In this document: one piece after another, positions 1 to 9,131 of the stretch
Position numbering within the stretch: position 1 is the stretch's first letter
Layout of the letters: each line of letters begins with the position of its first letter
IMG/VR virus record: IMGVR_UViG_3300044728_000115
Coordinates: 1-48,675 of that record
DNA length: 48,675 nt
Source: a virus
Lineage: Duplodnaviria > Caudoviricetes
Direction: 5' to 3' (one strand)
The notes under the pieces: model-generated
Told to the model about the DNA's origin: nothing
Seen by the model: the letters and a program-made list of their open reading frames with translations, nothing else
The model's database searches: none
Translations under genes and position numbers: made by a program

Positions 1-488
1 TCCCAGAGGTCGGCGTAACGCAGTTCGATGGCCGGGTCTGGTCCGCGATAAATCACCACCGCGACGTCGATGCGGTCTGTATTGATCTGCTCAGCGAGCA
101 CGTCGATGCGTGACGCGATGCGGTGCTCCATGAATGGCCGCATGGCGTCGCGGGTCCAGCCGTCCACGCGCGACATGGTTGAGCCGCCCTTCGCGCCTGA
201 ACCGACAATCTTCGCGCGCCTGAGCAGCCACAGCAGGCAACCGACTGGCCAGCCGTTCCACAGCTCCTCGGCGTCGATGTCGCCCCACCAGCCGCAGCGG
301 TCCGTGCTGTCGAGGTCAGGAAGCTCCTCGTCTGGCGGTGCCAGTGAGTTTGTCCCCAGCGCGACGATGACCGCTGACTGCAGGTCGTAGCCGTCCACGA
401 TCAGGTTCTGGTCTGTCATCAGCCAGTCGAGGCTGACGGCATAGGCCGGGAAATCGAGCTGCTGCAGGAAGCGGATGTCACTTGCCAT
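1..488 (-). CDS. Mu gp46-like baseplate protein (3' end runs off the window)
   Basis: Manual translation from ATG 488: MASDIRFLQQLDFPAYAVSLDW...DLQSAVIVALGT...DRCGWWGD...GCLLWLLRRAK. GWWGD and LWLL.R.K are GP46 hallmarks; follows gp45. Confidence 0.85.
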   Translation of the reverse strand, partial: MASDIRFLQQLDFPAYAVSLDWLMTDQNLIVDGYDLQSAVIVALGTNSLAPPDEELPDLDSTDRCGWWGDIDAEELWNGWPVGCLLWLLRRAKIVGSGAKGGSTMSRVDGWTRDAMRPFMEHRIASRIDVLAEQINTDRIDVAVVIYRGPDPAIELRYADLW

Positions 489-1500
489 GACGCGCCTCCA
501 ATTCTGCGATGCGCGCTTCAAGGCGCTCAATGCGCTCAAGCAGCGGGTCCTTTAGAATTTCCGTGGATGACGGATCGGCCTTGAGCTGGATCGGCTTGCT
601 CGACCAGCAGCCGCCCTGATCGACCCAGATGGAGCTGCCGCCGATCTTGATATGCGCGTGATTGCCATCGACCTTGACGCTCTTGTCCTTGTCGCCGCCA
701 GAGTTGAGCTGCCACTCCTTGGCGTCCTTGTCGTAGTGCCCCGTGACGTTGTCGCCGGTCCTGAACTCGATCTTCTTCGCACTGGCGCGCATCTCGGTGT
801 TCACCTCGTCGCCTTCGTGCTTGTAGTCTTCGTGGTTGGGCGCGCTCGCCTTCTCTGCCAGCTCGTCGGGTGTCAGCCGCGACAGGTCCACGCCCGCATC
901 CGCCCACGTCTGCAGGTTCTTCTCCGGTGATCCGCCCTTCTCGCGGTCCTGCTTCTTCTTCACCACGTGCCTGATTGAGACGAACCGCTCCTTCTCCTCG
1001 CTCTTGCCGGTGGCCCTGCCCTCGGCATCGCGCAGCATCTTGCCGCCCGGTGCCTTGCCGTCTCCGTTGTCGTCCAGCGACATGATGTAGGTCGCGGCGT
1101 TGCGGATCAGCGTGCCCTGCCCCTGATGGTCGTACTGGAAGCTCTCACCGGGCTTCATGCCCATTGGCCGGTGCCTGCGGTCATCGACAGCAAGAACAAC
1201 AGGATGATTGCGCTGGCCACCAAGAAACACCGCAATGCCCTCAGCCGCTGCGCCTTTGAGGTTGGCCACATCGCCGCCACCGCCGCCTCCCTGTCCGCCG
1301 CCCTCCTGCTCGTCGCGCGGCATCGGGATCGAGGACATGCCGAACGACTGCATGCGCTCGACAATCTTGCGACCCTCCTTGACCATGCCGTCGAACGACA
1401 TCTCCTGCATCATCGGGTTGTCGTTGCCCTTGTTCAGCGTCAGCCGAACAATCTGGTGCATCACCCGTCCCGACATCTCGCTCAGACTGTTCCTGTTCAT
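478..1500 (-). CDS. Mu gp45-like baseplate spike/assembly protein
   Basis: ERMQSFGMSSIP, AEGIAVFLGGQRNHPVVLAVDDRRHRPMGMKPGESFQYDHQGQ. Start placed at 1500 (ATGA overlap with upstream stop) rather than the 1716 of the ORF track. Confidence 0.85.
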   Translation of the reverse strand: MNRNSLSEMSGRVMHQIVRLTLNKGNDNPMMQEMSFDGMVKEGRKIVERMQSFGMSSIPMPRDEQEGGGQGGGGGGDVANLKGAAAEGIAVFLGGQRNHPVVLAVDDRRHRPMGMKPGESFQYDHQGQGTLIRNAATYIMSLDDNGDGKAPGGKMLRDAEGRATGKSEEKERFVSIRHVVKKKQDREKGGSPEKNLQTWADAGVDLSRLTPDELAEKASAPNHEDYKHEGDEVNTEMRASAKKIEFRTGDNVTGHYDKDAKEWQLNSGGDKDKSVKVDGNHAHIKIGGSSIWVDQGGCWSSKPIQLKADPSSTEILKDPLLERIERLEARIAELEARHGK

Positions 1501-2795
1501 CGACGCCTCATCGGCTGCGTTTGACCGGGACCGGGAGCCGCTGCAGCCGCCGCAGACGCCGCCTCCTTCGCCGCCTTGGCCTGCGCGATCTGCTGCGCCC
1601 TGAAGGCCAGCTGCTCGTTGCGGAAGCTGAGGCGACCGTTCATGTGGATGGGCTGCACCATCTTCAGGGTGGTCGTTGTGCCTTGGTCGCTCTGCTCGTA
1701 GGTGCAGCCAGAGCAACCCATCACCTCGTTGAACAGGATCAGCGAAGGCGATGTCACGTTGTAGTATTCACCGGCACGCCAGATGTCGTCGCTGACGTTC
1801 GCGTCCTTGAACCAGCCCTGCACCGTGATCTGCGCTTCAATCTCGCTTCCCTCGGTGAAGACCACCTCCATGTCGGCGCGACGCTCGATGCCGTGCTGCT
1901 TGTCGGCAACGTCAGCCACAACGACCATGTGGCGGTTGCGCGTGGACGAACCGTCGCGCTCCGCAACCTGCTTGTTGGCGGCGTCACCGTTCGATGAGTT
2001 GCTGCCCTTGTTCTGGCCGATTGCGAAAATCTTCTTGTAGACCATCGGGTCGCGCACCACCGCGTTGGCCCTGAGGATGTTGATGCCCTCGGTCAGCCAG
2101 CCCTTGGTTGAGACCCCGTTTTCCCCGATCAGCAGCAGCCCGCCGTTGGCCTCTGAGCCAATGAGGATGTCGCGCATCTTTGCGTAGCGCTCGATGGCCT
2201 GTATCGGCGTCTCTCCCGGCGAGACCTGAATGTTCTCGAATGGCGTGCTGTCCACGTTCCCGCGCTCGTGGATTTTGATCCCCAGATGCGCCGACAGGTC
2301 CTTGGCCAGCTGGGTCACCGATTTCCCGTCATGACCGTCGAGCTTGTCCAGCGGAACGGATGAGTTGACCAGATCGGAGGTGTCGCCGCAGCCGATCAGC
2401 CGAACGCCGTGCTGCGCCTTGTCGTAACCCACGTGGCGCTCGGTGATGTACCCGTACACTGCTGGTGCGCCGCCCAGCAGGACCCTGACCACGTCACCCG
2501 GCACGAACTGCGAGCCGTAGACACTGAGCGGGACATCGACCTGCTCTGTGCATTCAAAGGTGAATGTTGGGAACGCCTCGGTCCACTTCTGCTCGACCCT
2601 GACGCTCGTCCAGTTGGAGAACATCTGGCCGCGCACCTCAAGGATCGCAATCTCCTTGTCTACTGGCAGGCGCTCGTAGCGTGGCGAGCCATCCTCGTTC
2701 TTCTCTGACGTGGGGCGCGTGAGCTTGACCTGCAGCTCCTCGGGCAGATCGGTGATCTGATCCGGCAGCTCAATCGTGAAGTCGCCTTCTGCCAT
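1497..2795 (-). CDS. Mu gpP/gp44-like baseplate hub protein
   Basis: FSNWTSVRVE, GCGDTSDLVNSS, PGETPIQAIERYA, ITVQGW...W motifs; position upstream of gp45. Confidence 0.85.
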   Translation of the reverse strand: MAEGDFTIELPDQITDLPEELQVKLTRPTSEKNEDGSPRYERLPVDKEIAILEVRGQMFSNWTSVRVEQKWTEAFPTFTFECTEQVDVPLSVYGSQFVPGDVVRVLLGGAPAVYGYITERHVGYDKAQHGVRLIGCGDTSDLVNSSVPLDKLDGHDGKSVTQLAKDLSAHLGIKIHERGNVDSTPFENIQVSPGETPIQAIERYAKMRDILIGSEANGGLLLIGENGVSTKGWLTEGINILRANAVVRDPMVYKKIFAIGQNKGSNSSNGDAANKQVAERDGSSTRNRHMVVVADVADKQHGIERRADMEVVFTEGSEIEAQITVQGWFKDANVSDDIWRAGEYYNVTSPSLILFNEVMGCSGCTYEQSDQGTTTTLKMVQPIHMNGRLSFRNEQLAFRAQQIAQAKAAKEAASAAAAAAPGPGQTQPMRRR

Positions 2796-2796
2796 G

Positions 2797-3465
2797 CTAC
2801 ACCGCCAACATCTTGCCCTCGCGGGGCATGAAGGCTGGATGCACCACGTGGTTCTCGCTGATCAGCTCCATATGCCGCCGTGGGTCCGCATAGGCGCGCT
2901 GAGCCATCCGCAGCGACGGCATCGCCGTCTGGTAGTTGTAGGTGATGATGCGCGGCAGCAGACGCCCGCGATCAGCGAGGTGCCGCGTGACATCGCCGTG
3001 CAGGCGGATGATTGCCATGTAGATGCCAGCATTGAGGTCGTCCGCCGCAATGTCCGATGTCTCGGTGAATGCCGCGTGCATCTGCGCCGCGATCTGATCG
3101 ACCTCCTCGCGCGAGCGGAATGACATGTAGGCGACGATGCGGGCTTCCATCGCCAGCGTGAGCCGCACGATGCTGAGCACGGTCTCCACGGCAGGAAGCC
3201 CAATCGGCTTCTCGGTGAGCGCTGCTTTGCGGACCCGGTCCATCGTCACCAGCGTCGCGCTGCAGTGCCTCGCCAGATCGACGCAGACGTTGAAGGCGAA
3301 GCAGAACGCATGAATGTCGGTCATGTTGCGGTCAGCGATCAGCATGCCGACTGCCCGACGCAGCGCGGTGCCGACGCTGCCGTGCAGGGTGACGGCAGAG
3401 GACAGCACCACCGGGCCAATCCGCTGGCAAATCCCCAAGACCTCGTCTGCCTCGTCACCCGTCAT
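2797..3465 (-). CDS. Mu gpN-like DNA circularization protein, C-terminal part
   Basis: C-terminal PSLRMAQRAYADPRRHMELISENHVVHPAFMP motif typical of the gpN C-terminus; ATGA-coupled to the upstream gene. Confidence 0.7.
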   Translation of the reverse strand: MTGDEADEVLGICQRIGPVVLSSAVTLHGSVGTALRRAVGMLIADRNMTDIHAFCFAFNVCVDLARHCSATLVTMDRVRKAALTEKPIGLPAVETVLSIVRLTLAMEARIVAYMSFRSREEVDQIAAQMHAAFTETSDIAADDLNAGIYMAIIRLHGDVTRHLADRGRLLPRIITYNYQTAMPSLRMAQRAYADPRRHMELISENHVVHPAFMPREGKMLAV

Positions 3466-4106
3466 GAAATGATCCCGACCCCAAGGTTCGATTTGAATGC
3501 GAAGTCCCCGCTCTGCTGGCCGAACCGGACTGCCGACTTGAGGCTTGCAGCACGGTCACCCGCGTCGGCACTGCGGTGGACCAGCGCGTAACCCAGCATC
3601 CGCTCCACACCCTTGTCGGTGAGCTGACTGGGCGGGCCGATGAGCTGATCCTCCAGCTTGAATGCGCTGTCCTCGATCTGGCCTGACGTTGAAATCTGCT
3701 GCCTGTACTGCGGGTCGCCATACTCCGCGAAGTCCATCTCCACGGTGCAGAAGCCGCCGCGCTCGCGTGCCTCGGTGACGGCGTAGGACATGACCATCAC
3801 CTTCACGTCCTGCATCTGGTACGGCAGCGGCAGACGCAGCATACCGGGACCATCCTTCTCCAGCGCCTCGATGAGCCTGTTCTTCTGGTCCCAGTATTTC
3901 GGTCCAATCAGATAGCCTTGGACGAGGAAGCGCAGTGCCTTGCGCCCCATGTCCTCGGCATATGGCGTGTTGCGCTTTGGATATTCGTGCAATGCCACGC
4001 GCCGCCCGCCCTGCCGCGCGTCTGTCTCGACAAAGAACTGCACGTTGCGGAACGCCGCCTCCTGATAGCGGTCGCGCCATGGGTTCTTGATGTCCTTGAT
4101 TTTCAT
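3462..4106 (-). CDS. DNA circularization N-terminal domain protein (Mu gpN-like)
   Basis: WRDRYQEAAFRNVQFFVE...GGRRVALHEYPKRNTPYAEDMGRK, the DNA_circ_N signature. Confidence 0.9.
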   Translation of the reverse strand: MKIKDIKNPWRDRYQEAAFRNVQFFVETDARQGGRRVALHEYPKRNTPYAEDMGRKALRFLVQGYLIGPKYWDQKNRLIEALEKDGPGMLRLPLPYQMQDVKVMVMSYAVTEARERGGFCTVEMDFAEYGDPQYRQQISTSGQIEDSAFKLEDQLIGPPSQLTDKGVERMLGYALVHRSADAGDRAASLKSAVRFGQQSGDFAFKSNLGVGIIS

Positions 4107-6757
4107 ATCGACAAGGTCTCCCCGGCGTCTTCAGTGCGCTGCATCTGCTTGTGCTGGCGAACAGTCGGCGGCTGGAATAGCTGGCCGTCCGTCTTCGCCT
4201 CGGCGCTTGCCTTGCTGCCGTTGGAGTTGACGGTGACGTTGACCTGACCACTCGGAGATGCGGGCGCGACCTGCTGGTCGATGCGAGCGGTGTTCACCTT
4301 GTTCTGGGCGTCAATCGCAGCCTGCTGCTGCTTTGGGTCCACGCGATTGGCCATGCCGCGATTGTAGGCGTCGCGCACCCAGTCTGGTGTATTCGCGCCA
4401 CGGCCACCCGCCCCCCACACCGCAGGCGTGCCCTTGCCAATGTGCATGCGCGACGCGCCCATGTATGCGCCGTGACCACCCATGCCGATGCCGGTGTTGC
4501 CTGACGCCGCCGACGCCTCGATGTACGCCGCCATCTTGGCGCGGTCGGCGGGGATGGTGCTGTCGAGCTTCCTGCCCTTCTCATCGAACAGGTCGATGTC
4601 TCCAGCGTCCGCACCCGGTCTGTGGCGCGCGTGCCCCGGCTCGTTGCCGTGCGCGATGTTGGTGCTGACGCCAGCCTTCACGCCAGCGTACTGCATCGAG
4701 CGAATGACATCAGGAGGAAGCCCGCTGCCTGACCCTTTGTGCGAGACGCCGCCAGCTCCCGGCACTGGCGTTGAATTGGCCTGCCCGTTCGGTTGATCTG
4801 CCTGCGGCTGTCCCGGTCCCTTCGCGTCGCGCGCGCGCTGCTCAGCCGCCCACTTGCGACCGCGCTCGCCGTGCGCAGAGAAGATCGCTCCCTCGACTAC
4901 CTTCCTGTTCCAGTATTTAGGATCAGCCGCATACTTCCGGCCATTTGGATCGGTGATCATGCCTTGGTCGGTGGCGTAGTCGGTGATGTTTGATCCGCCG
5001 TAGACCTTGTCGAGGGTGGCGTCGCCGCCCTTGTTCAGTTCTTTTTGGCCGCGAGCGAGCAAGGCTGCTTCGCCCACCCTGTTTCTCCCCGTCACGGGAC
5101 CGTACTGCCCTGAGTACAGCGCCTGCTTGACGGTCATCTTCCGCATGGAGGCGTAGTTGAACAGCTGCTCCATGTTCGACTGGACGCCGCCTTCGTGTGC
5201 CATCGCGCCAACCGCAAGTGCTTTTAGCTTTGGATCAGCGTCCAGCTCCTTCTTGAACCGCTGACGATCCTCGGAGAGCGTCCCGCTGCTTGCGCCGACA
5301 TTCGCGCCGTCTGGCGCAGCTCCCGGCTGACCTCCCGGTCCCGGTCGCGATGCGCTCTGCCCGCCAGTGCCTGCCGGTGCGTTGCTGTCGCCGCCCGTGG
5401 TCCCGCCACCGGTCGCGCCGCCGCCCGTCGCACCGCCGCCCGTGCTGCCGCCTGACGAGCCGCCGCCGCTGTAGCCGCCCGACGACCCGCCCAGCGAAGC
5501 CTTGATGACGTTGCCGCCACCGCCACTGATGCCGCCAGCCTCGATGTACGACTTGAACTCGACCAGCGCGTCGAACACGCCGATCTGGATGATGCGGCTT
5601 GCGCCTGCGGCGTCACCGCCAGAGCTGCCGGTGCTGATCTTGCCCGACATGGATGGGATGAACTGCTCCGGTCCGTTCTCGCCAACCGTGTAGCGCATCC
5701 CCGCATGCACCGGTCCGCCTGCCGCGCGCCCCGGTCCGCCGCCGCCTGTCAGCTGTCCCCACCACTTCGACGCCAGCGACTGGTCTGGCTTCTCGTTGAG
5801 CTTCGACCACGCCTCGCTCGGTGTCATGTTGAGGAAGTCGAAGCTCGATCCGAATGGCTGCGAGCCAAGCACATCGTTCGCGGCCTTCTTGCCCTTCTCG
5901 CCGCCCGCCGACATCTGTTCCAGCTTGTTGATGAGGTCCAGCACCTCATTCAGCGTCTTGGTCACCTCTGGGAACAGCGTGACGCCGACCCGCGTGACCA
6001 GCTCGTCCCACTTGGTGCCAAGGTCCACCAGTCCGTCAGCGTACTTCTTTGCGTCTGCCTTCTGCTTGTCGGTGAACAGCGGCTGCTTGTTGACCTCGTC
6101 AACCAGCTCCTGCCACGACAGGCGTGCTGAGTTCGCGCCAAGCCCGATTGTCTCAAAGAAGCGCCGGGACTTCATGCCGGATGGATCGGACTTGTCCAGA
6201 ACCTCCTTGAAGTCGTAGGCGACCTTGAGCTTGTCGATCTGGCTGGTGGCTTGGTTGATGGCTGCGAGGACAGGACCCGCGCCCATCTTGACCAGCTCCT
6301 CGCGCACGTTGCCGATGCGAAGCGAGAAGTCCTCGGTGTTGCGCTTGAAGTTCTGCAGGTTCTGCATCATCGCTTCAGGTGCGATGCCTGCCTTCTGCGC
6401 TGCCGCAGACCAGCCCTTCAGTGCCTGCTCCGACATGCCCAGCTCTTTGCTGGCATAGCGCAGCTCGGTGAGCTTCTTCGCGGTCTCGCCCAGTGAGCGG
6501 ACCAGCAGGCCAGCTGCGAGACCTACACCTGCCGCGCCAAGGCTGAAGCCGCCAATACCGGGGAGTGCCTGCGCGAAGCCCTGCCCGACGCTCCTGATGC
6601 TCTTGCCAAGCGCGTCCCAGCCGGTGGCTGCTGCCTTCGCGCCCTTGCCGCCCGCCTGTTGAAACTCGCCAATCTCGCGACGCAGCTTACGGAGGTCCGT
6701 AAGCGCCTCGTCCGACATGACTGTCGCCCGCAGGCGAAGGATTTCTTCGTTGGCCAT
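4103..6757 (-). CDS. Tape measure protein with C-terminal putative peptidoglycan hydrolase domains
   Basis: Follows the tail chaperone; Ala/Gly-rich helical N-half; RAAGGPV..G.RYTVGENGPEQFIP motif; Gly-rich linker; C-terminal H-x6-D...H (RHRPGADAGDIDL...MHIG) resembling an M15/LAS peptidase. Confidence 0.85.
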   Translation of the reverse strand: MANEEILRLRATVMSDEALTDLRKLRREIGEFQQAGGKGAKAAATGWDALGKSIRSVGQGFAQALPGIGGFSLGAAGVGLAAGLLVRSLGETAKKLTELRYASKELGMSEQALKGWSAAAQKAGIAPEAMMQNLQNFKRNTEDFSLRIGNVREELVKMGAGPVLAAINQATSQIDKLKVAYDFKEVLDKSDPSGMKSRRFFETIGLGANSARLSWQELVDEVNKQPLFTDKQKADAKKYADGLVDLGTKWDELVTRVGVTLFPEVTKTLNEVLDLINKLEQMSAGGEKGKKAANDVLGSQPFGSSFDFLNMTPSEAWSKLNEKPDQSLASKWWGQLTGGGGPGRAAGGPVHAGMRYTVGENGPEQFIPSMSGKISTGSSGGDAAGASRIIQIGVFDALVEFKSYIEAGGISGGGGNVIKASLGGSSGGYSGGGSSGGSTGGGATGGGATGGGTTGGDSNAPAGTGGQSASRPGPGGQPGAAPDGANVGASSGTLSEDRQRFKKELDADPKLKALAVGAMAHEGGVQSNMEQLFNYASMRKMTVKQALYSGQYGPVTGRNRVGEAALLARGQKELNKGGDATLDKVYGGSNITDYATDQGMITDPNGRKYAADPKYWNRKVVEGAIFSAHGERGRKWAAEQRARDAKGPGQPQADQPNGQANSTPVPGAGGVSHKGSGSGLPPDVIRSMQYAGVKAGVSTNIAHGNEPGHARHRPGADAGDIDLFDEKGRKLDSTIPADRAKMAAYIEASAASGNTGIGMGGHGAYMGASRMHIGKGTPAVWGAGGRGANTPDWVRDAYNRGMANRVDPKQQQAAIDAQNKVNTARIDQQVAPASPSGQVNVTVNSNGSKASAEAKTDGQLFQPPTVRQHKQMQRTEDAGETLSI

Positions 6758-6767
6758 TGCAGCGCCT

Positions 6768-6941
6768 TCAGCGTGGTCGCTGCGCCTCTGCCTGTGCGAG
6801 CAACCGGTCTGTCCAACTCATGTGCCGCTCAACTTCACTCACCGGCATCACGAGAAATTCATTCGGTGGTCTCCCGTAGAAACGCGCCATGCGATAGCAA
6901 TTTAGAACTGCATCGCCTGCGCGTCCGGCACGAAAAAACCC
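6768..6941 (-). other. Programmed -1 frameshift (G GGT TTT) and extension ORF of the tail chaperone (gpGT/E+E'-like)
   Basis: Slippery heptamer GGGTTTT at 6941-6935. The -1 frame reads FRAGRAGDAVLNCYRMARFYGRPPNEFLVMPVSEVERHMSWTDRLLAQAEAQRPR* and stops at 6768, just before the tape measure start. Confidence 0.8.
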
Positions 6942-7261
6942 ATGAGCCTATGCGCGCACGTCGAGAAGTCCTTTCCCCCCAGTGCCTTGATCGTTGAGGG
7001 AGGCACTGCTGCCAGCGTGGACATCACGTTGGCCATGATGAGTGGATTGGGCGTGACGTCGCCACTGGCCCAGTCGATGTTGACCGGCCACTTCTCTCCG
7101 ATCTGCACCATGTCGCTGCCGGTCGGTTCTCTGAACGTGAGCTTCTTGACCATCTCTCCGTTCGCCATCACTGCCTTGTTCAGGGTGATGACGATGTCGG
7201 TCGAGGGTGGAGCCGCCGCATCCACGTCCTCGATCTTCCGTGCTGTTGCTTCGCCCGCCAT
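6902..7261 (-). CDS. Tail assembly chaperone (Mu gp41/P2 gpE-like)
   Basis: ITLNKAV.ANGE.VKKLTFREPTGSDM...LAAVPPSTIKALGGKDF...GFF; lies between tube and tape measure. Confidence 0.85.
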   Translation of the reverse strand: MAGEATARKIEDVDAAAPPSTDIVITLNKAVMANGEMVKKLTFREPTGSDMVQIGEKWPVNIDWASGDVTPNPLIMANVMSTLAAVPPSTIKALGGKDFSTCAHRLMGFFVPDAQAMQF

Positions 7262-7275
7262 TGTCTTCGCCTCTC

Positions 7276-7638
7276 TCAGATTTCGTCGCCGTCCACACCT
7301 TCAAACCGGACCCTGAACTGGCCGTCTGAGGTGTTGATTTCGACAGGACCCTTGTGCCACGCATTGCGGAGCACGTAGGTGCGCCCGTTCACCAGCTCTG
7401 CGGTGACGGTCGCGTCCGTGATGCCCTCCAGAAATTCGGTGCTGACCTCGGGCAAGGTGCTGATGTCGCCCTCGATGTACGGGACGCGCGGCAGCTCCTG
7501 ATAGCCGTGGACGTAGTCTTGTCCTGCGATGCCGTTGCGCTCGACCGGGGTGATCGAGACGGTGAGTGAGCCTTTGAGCGGGTACATCTGCCCGTCAACC
7601 TTGAGGTACGCGGTGCCTGCGATAGGACCTTGGGGCAT
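7276..7638 (-). CDS. Tail tube protein (Mu gpM-like)
   Basis: IAGTAYLKVDGQ..L.G...R.GIAGQDYVHGYQELPRVPYIEG...TVTAELVNG.TYVLRNAW; RBS CAGGAG before ATG 7638. Confidence 0.9.
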   Translation of the reverse strand: MPQGPIAGTAYLKVDGQMYPLKGSLTVSITPVERNGIAGQDYVHGYQELPRVPYIEGDISTLPEVSTEFLEGITDATVTAELVNGRTYVLRNAWHKGPVEINTSDGQFRVRFEGVDGDEI

Positions 7639-7875
7639 GTCAGTCTCCTGCCACTGGGTGAAATACTGCAGCACCATACGCACAAGACGCCGCACAAGAA
7701 AGTGCCCGCGCGCGCTAAGTCATTGATGATGCAGCAGTTATCCCGCACGCACACTCGCGCCGATGGTATGCGTGTTGTGCGGGTTGTATGGCAGCGGGAT
7801 CAGTGGCTTGGGGTAATTTAGCTTTTTTTCTAAATGGTCACCGCAACCTGCGTGGGGTGAAATGATCTACGCCAC

Positions 7876-8382
7876 TCAGCCGCGTCTTGGCACCGCAGCT
7901 TCCCTGAAGAAGCCCTTGGGCAGCATGTGCCGCAGGTCCGCCGCGCCCAGCAGCAACGGCCTGAGCGACATGCCGTGCGGGTCCGCCAGCAGCTCGTCGC
8001 GCTTGCGGTCGAAGCTGGTCCAGACGTAGCTGGCCATGTTGGCCCCGATGACGATGACACCTTCGTGGATGGCGAACTCTCCCGGCACATCTGCGAGTGG
8101 CGTGATGTCCCCGGTGATGTCGATGTCGAGGTCGAAATAAATTATCTTGTAGCCGGTCCGCCACCCCGGCTCGAATAGCAGCAGCTTCGCCCACTGCTCT
8201 GGCATGCCCATCTCGCTGATGTCGATGAAGCTGACCAGCTCGCAGCGCTCGGGCTGATCGGTGAGGCAGACCATAGTGTACGGTCGCCTGAGATGAAGGC
8301 TGACGGCGTCGCGCAGCCTCCTGACGTGGTCGAGAGAGAAGACCGGTCCCGCCCGCACGCATGCGACGATCAGGTCAGCCAT
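7876..8382 (-). CDS. GT-A-fold glycosyltransferase-like protein (possibly C-terminally degenerate)
   Basis: IVACVRAG..FSLDHVRRL...VCLTD...WAKLLLFEP...IIYFDLDIDITGDI; DxD motif and W.KL.LF typical of phage GT-A enzymes. Confidence 0.7.
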   Translation of the reverse strand: MADLIVACVRAGPVFSLDHVRRLRDAVSLHLRRPYTMVCLTDQPERCELVSFIDISEMGMPEQWAKLLLFEPGWRTGYKIIYFDLDIDITGDITPLADVPGEFAIHEGVIVIGANMASYVWTSFDRKRDELLADPHGMSLRPLLLGAADLRHMLPKGFFREAAVPRRG

Positions 8383-8482
8383 CGTCCCAGTGCCTTCGCT
8401 TGTTCACTGCCACGACTGCTATCGCGAGCGCTCCGCAGTTTCCGCCGATGATGAAGGCCGCAATAATCCATAGCCAGCACAA
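8375..8482 (-). CDS. Small single-TM peptide (35 aa)
   Basis: TTG start after GAGGAG; MCWLWIIAAFIIGGNCGALAIAVVAVNKRRHWDDG*; fills the gap between the two GT-like genes. Confidence 0.5.
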   Translation of the reverse strand: MCWLWIIAAFIIGGNCGALAIAVVAVNKRRHWDDG

Positions 8483-8492
8483 CGCATGCTCC

Positions 8493-9074
8493 TCACTTGG
8501 AGTGCAGAATGTTCACTCCATCTTCCAGCGCCACCTTCTGAAAACACGAGATGGCTGATTGCGGGCAGGCGTTCACCACGCGGACCCCGGCTGCGGTGAG
8601 GCTCGGAACGTAGACCCTGAAGTGCTCAGCCCAATGGAGCCATTTGCCGCTGGCCTCGCCGCCCTCGTAGTCGAAGCCGAACAGCACGATTGTCTTGGCC
8701 TTCTTGAGCATGGCGACCTGAAATGCGCCGAACCCCGATGTCCCGCCGCCGTAGACTGCGCTCGGGTCCTCTGAGACCTGATGCCCGTCCATCCGCCTCA
8801 GACAGGTGACGTTCTTCGACGGTGGAGCGGTGGCCTGACCCTCTTGGACCGCCCAGTAGACCCTGCTCTGCACGTTGCCCAGCTTGTCTTGCCAGTCCCC
8901 CATCCAGAAGCCTGCGTCCGCCCACGGGATGATGGTGATCACGCTCTTGACCGCAAGCACGTGAGCGCCGCGCAGCTGCTCAAGGTCGAAGCCGATAAGC
9001 GAAGACCCGCCGCCGATGATGGCAACGGGTCTGTCGTCCCAGAATGGCTTTGTTATTTTACCGTAGACATCCAT
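8493..9074 (-). CDS. DUF115/Maf/MptE-like (GT29-related fold) sugar-transfer protein
   Basis: PVAIIGGGSSL...VLAV...GGTSGFGAFQVA...AKTIVLFGFDY...VRVVNACPQSAISCF pattern. Confidence 0.65.
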   Translation of the reverse strand: MDVYGKITKPFWDDRPVAIIGGGSSLIGFDLEQLRGAHVLAVKSVITIIPWADAGFWMGDWQDKLGNVQSRVYWAVQEGQATAPPSKNVTCLRRMDGHQVSEDPSAVYGGGTSGFGAFQVAMLKKAKTIVLFGFDYEGGEASGKWLHWAEHFRVYVPSLTAAGVRVVNACPQSAISCFQKVALEDGVNILHSK

Positions 9075-9092
9075 GTACCCGCCTCTGCTTGA

Positions 9093-9126
9093 ATGAAATG
9101 GCGCGCACCGCCGCGCGCGCCACCAT
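9093..9126 (-). terminator. Possible intrinsic terminator after the tail sheath gene
   Basis: TGGCGCGC...GCGCGCCA stem followed on the minus strand by TTTCATT (weak U tract). Confidence 0.4.
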
Positions 9127-9131
9127 CATTA

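Noticed and set aside
1501-1716. N-terminal extension of ORF 478..1716
   Set aside because: Overlaps the hub gene out of frame; the ATGA-coupled ATG at 1500 is the credible start.
5370-5540. GC-rich tandem-like repeats
   Set aside because: Explained by the Gly-rich linker of the tape measure protein.
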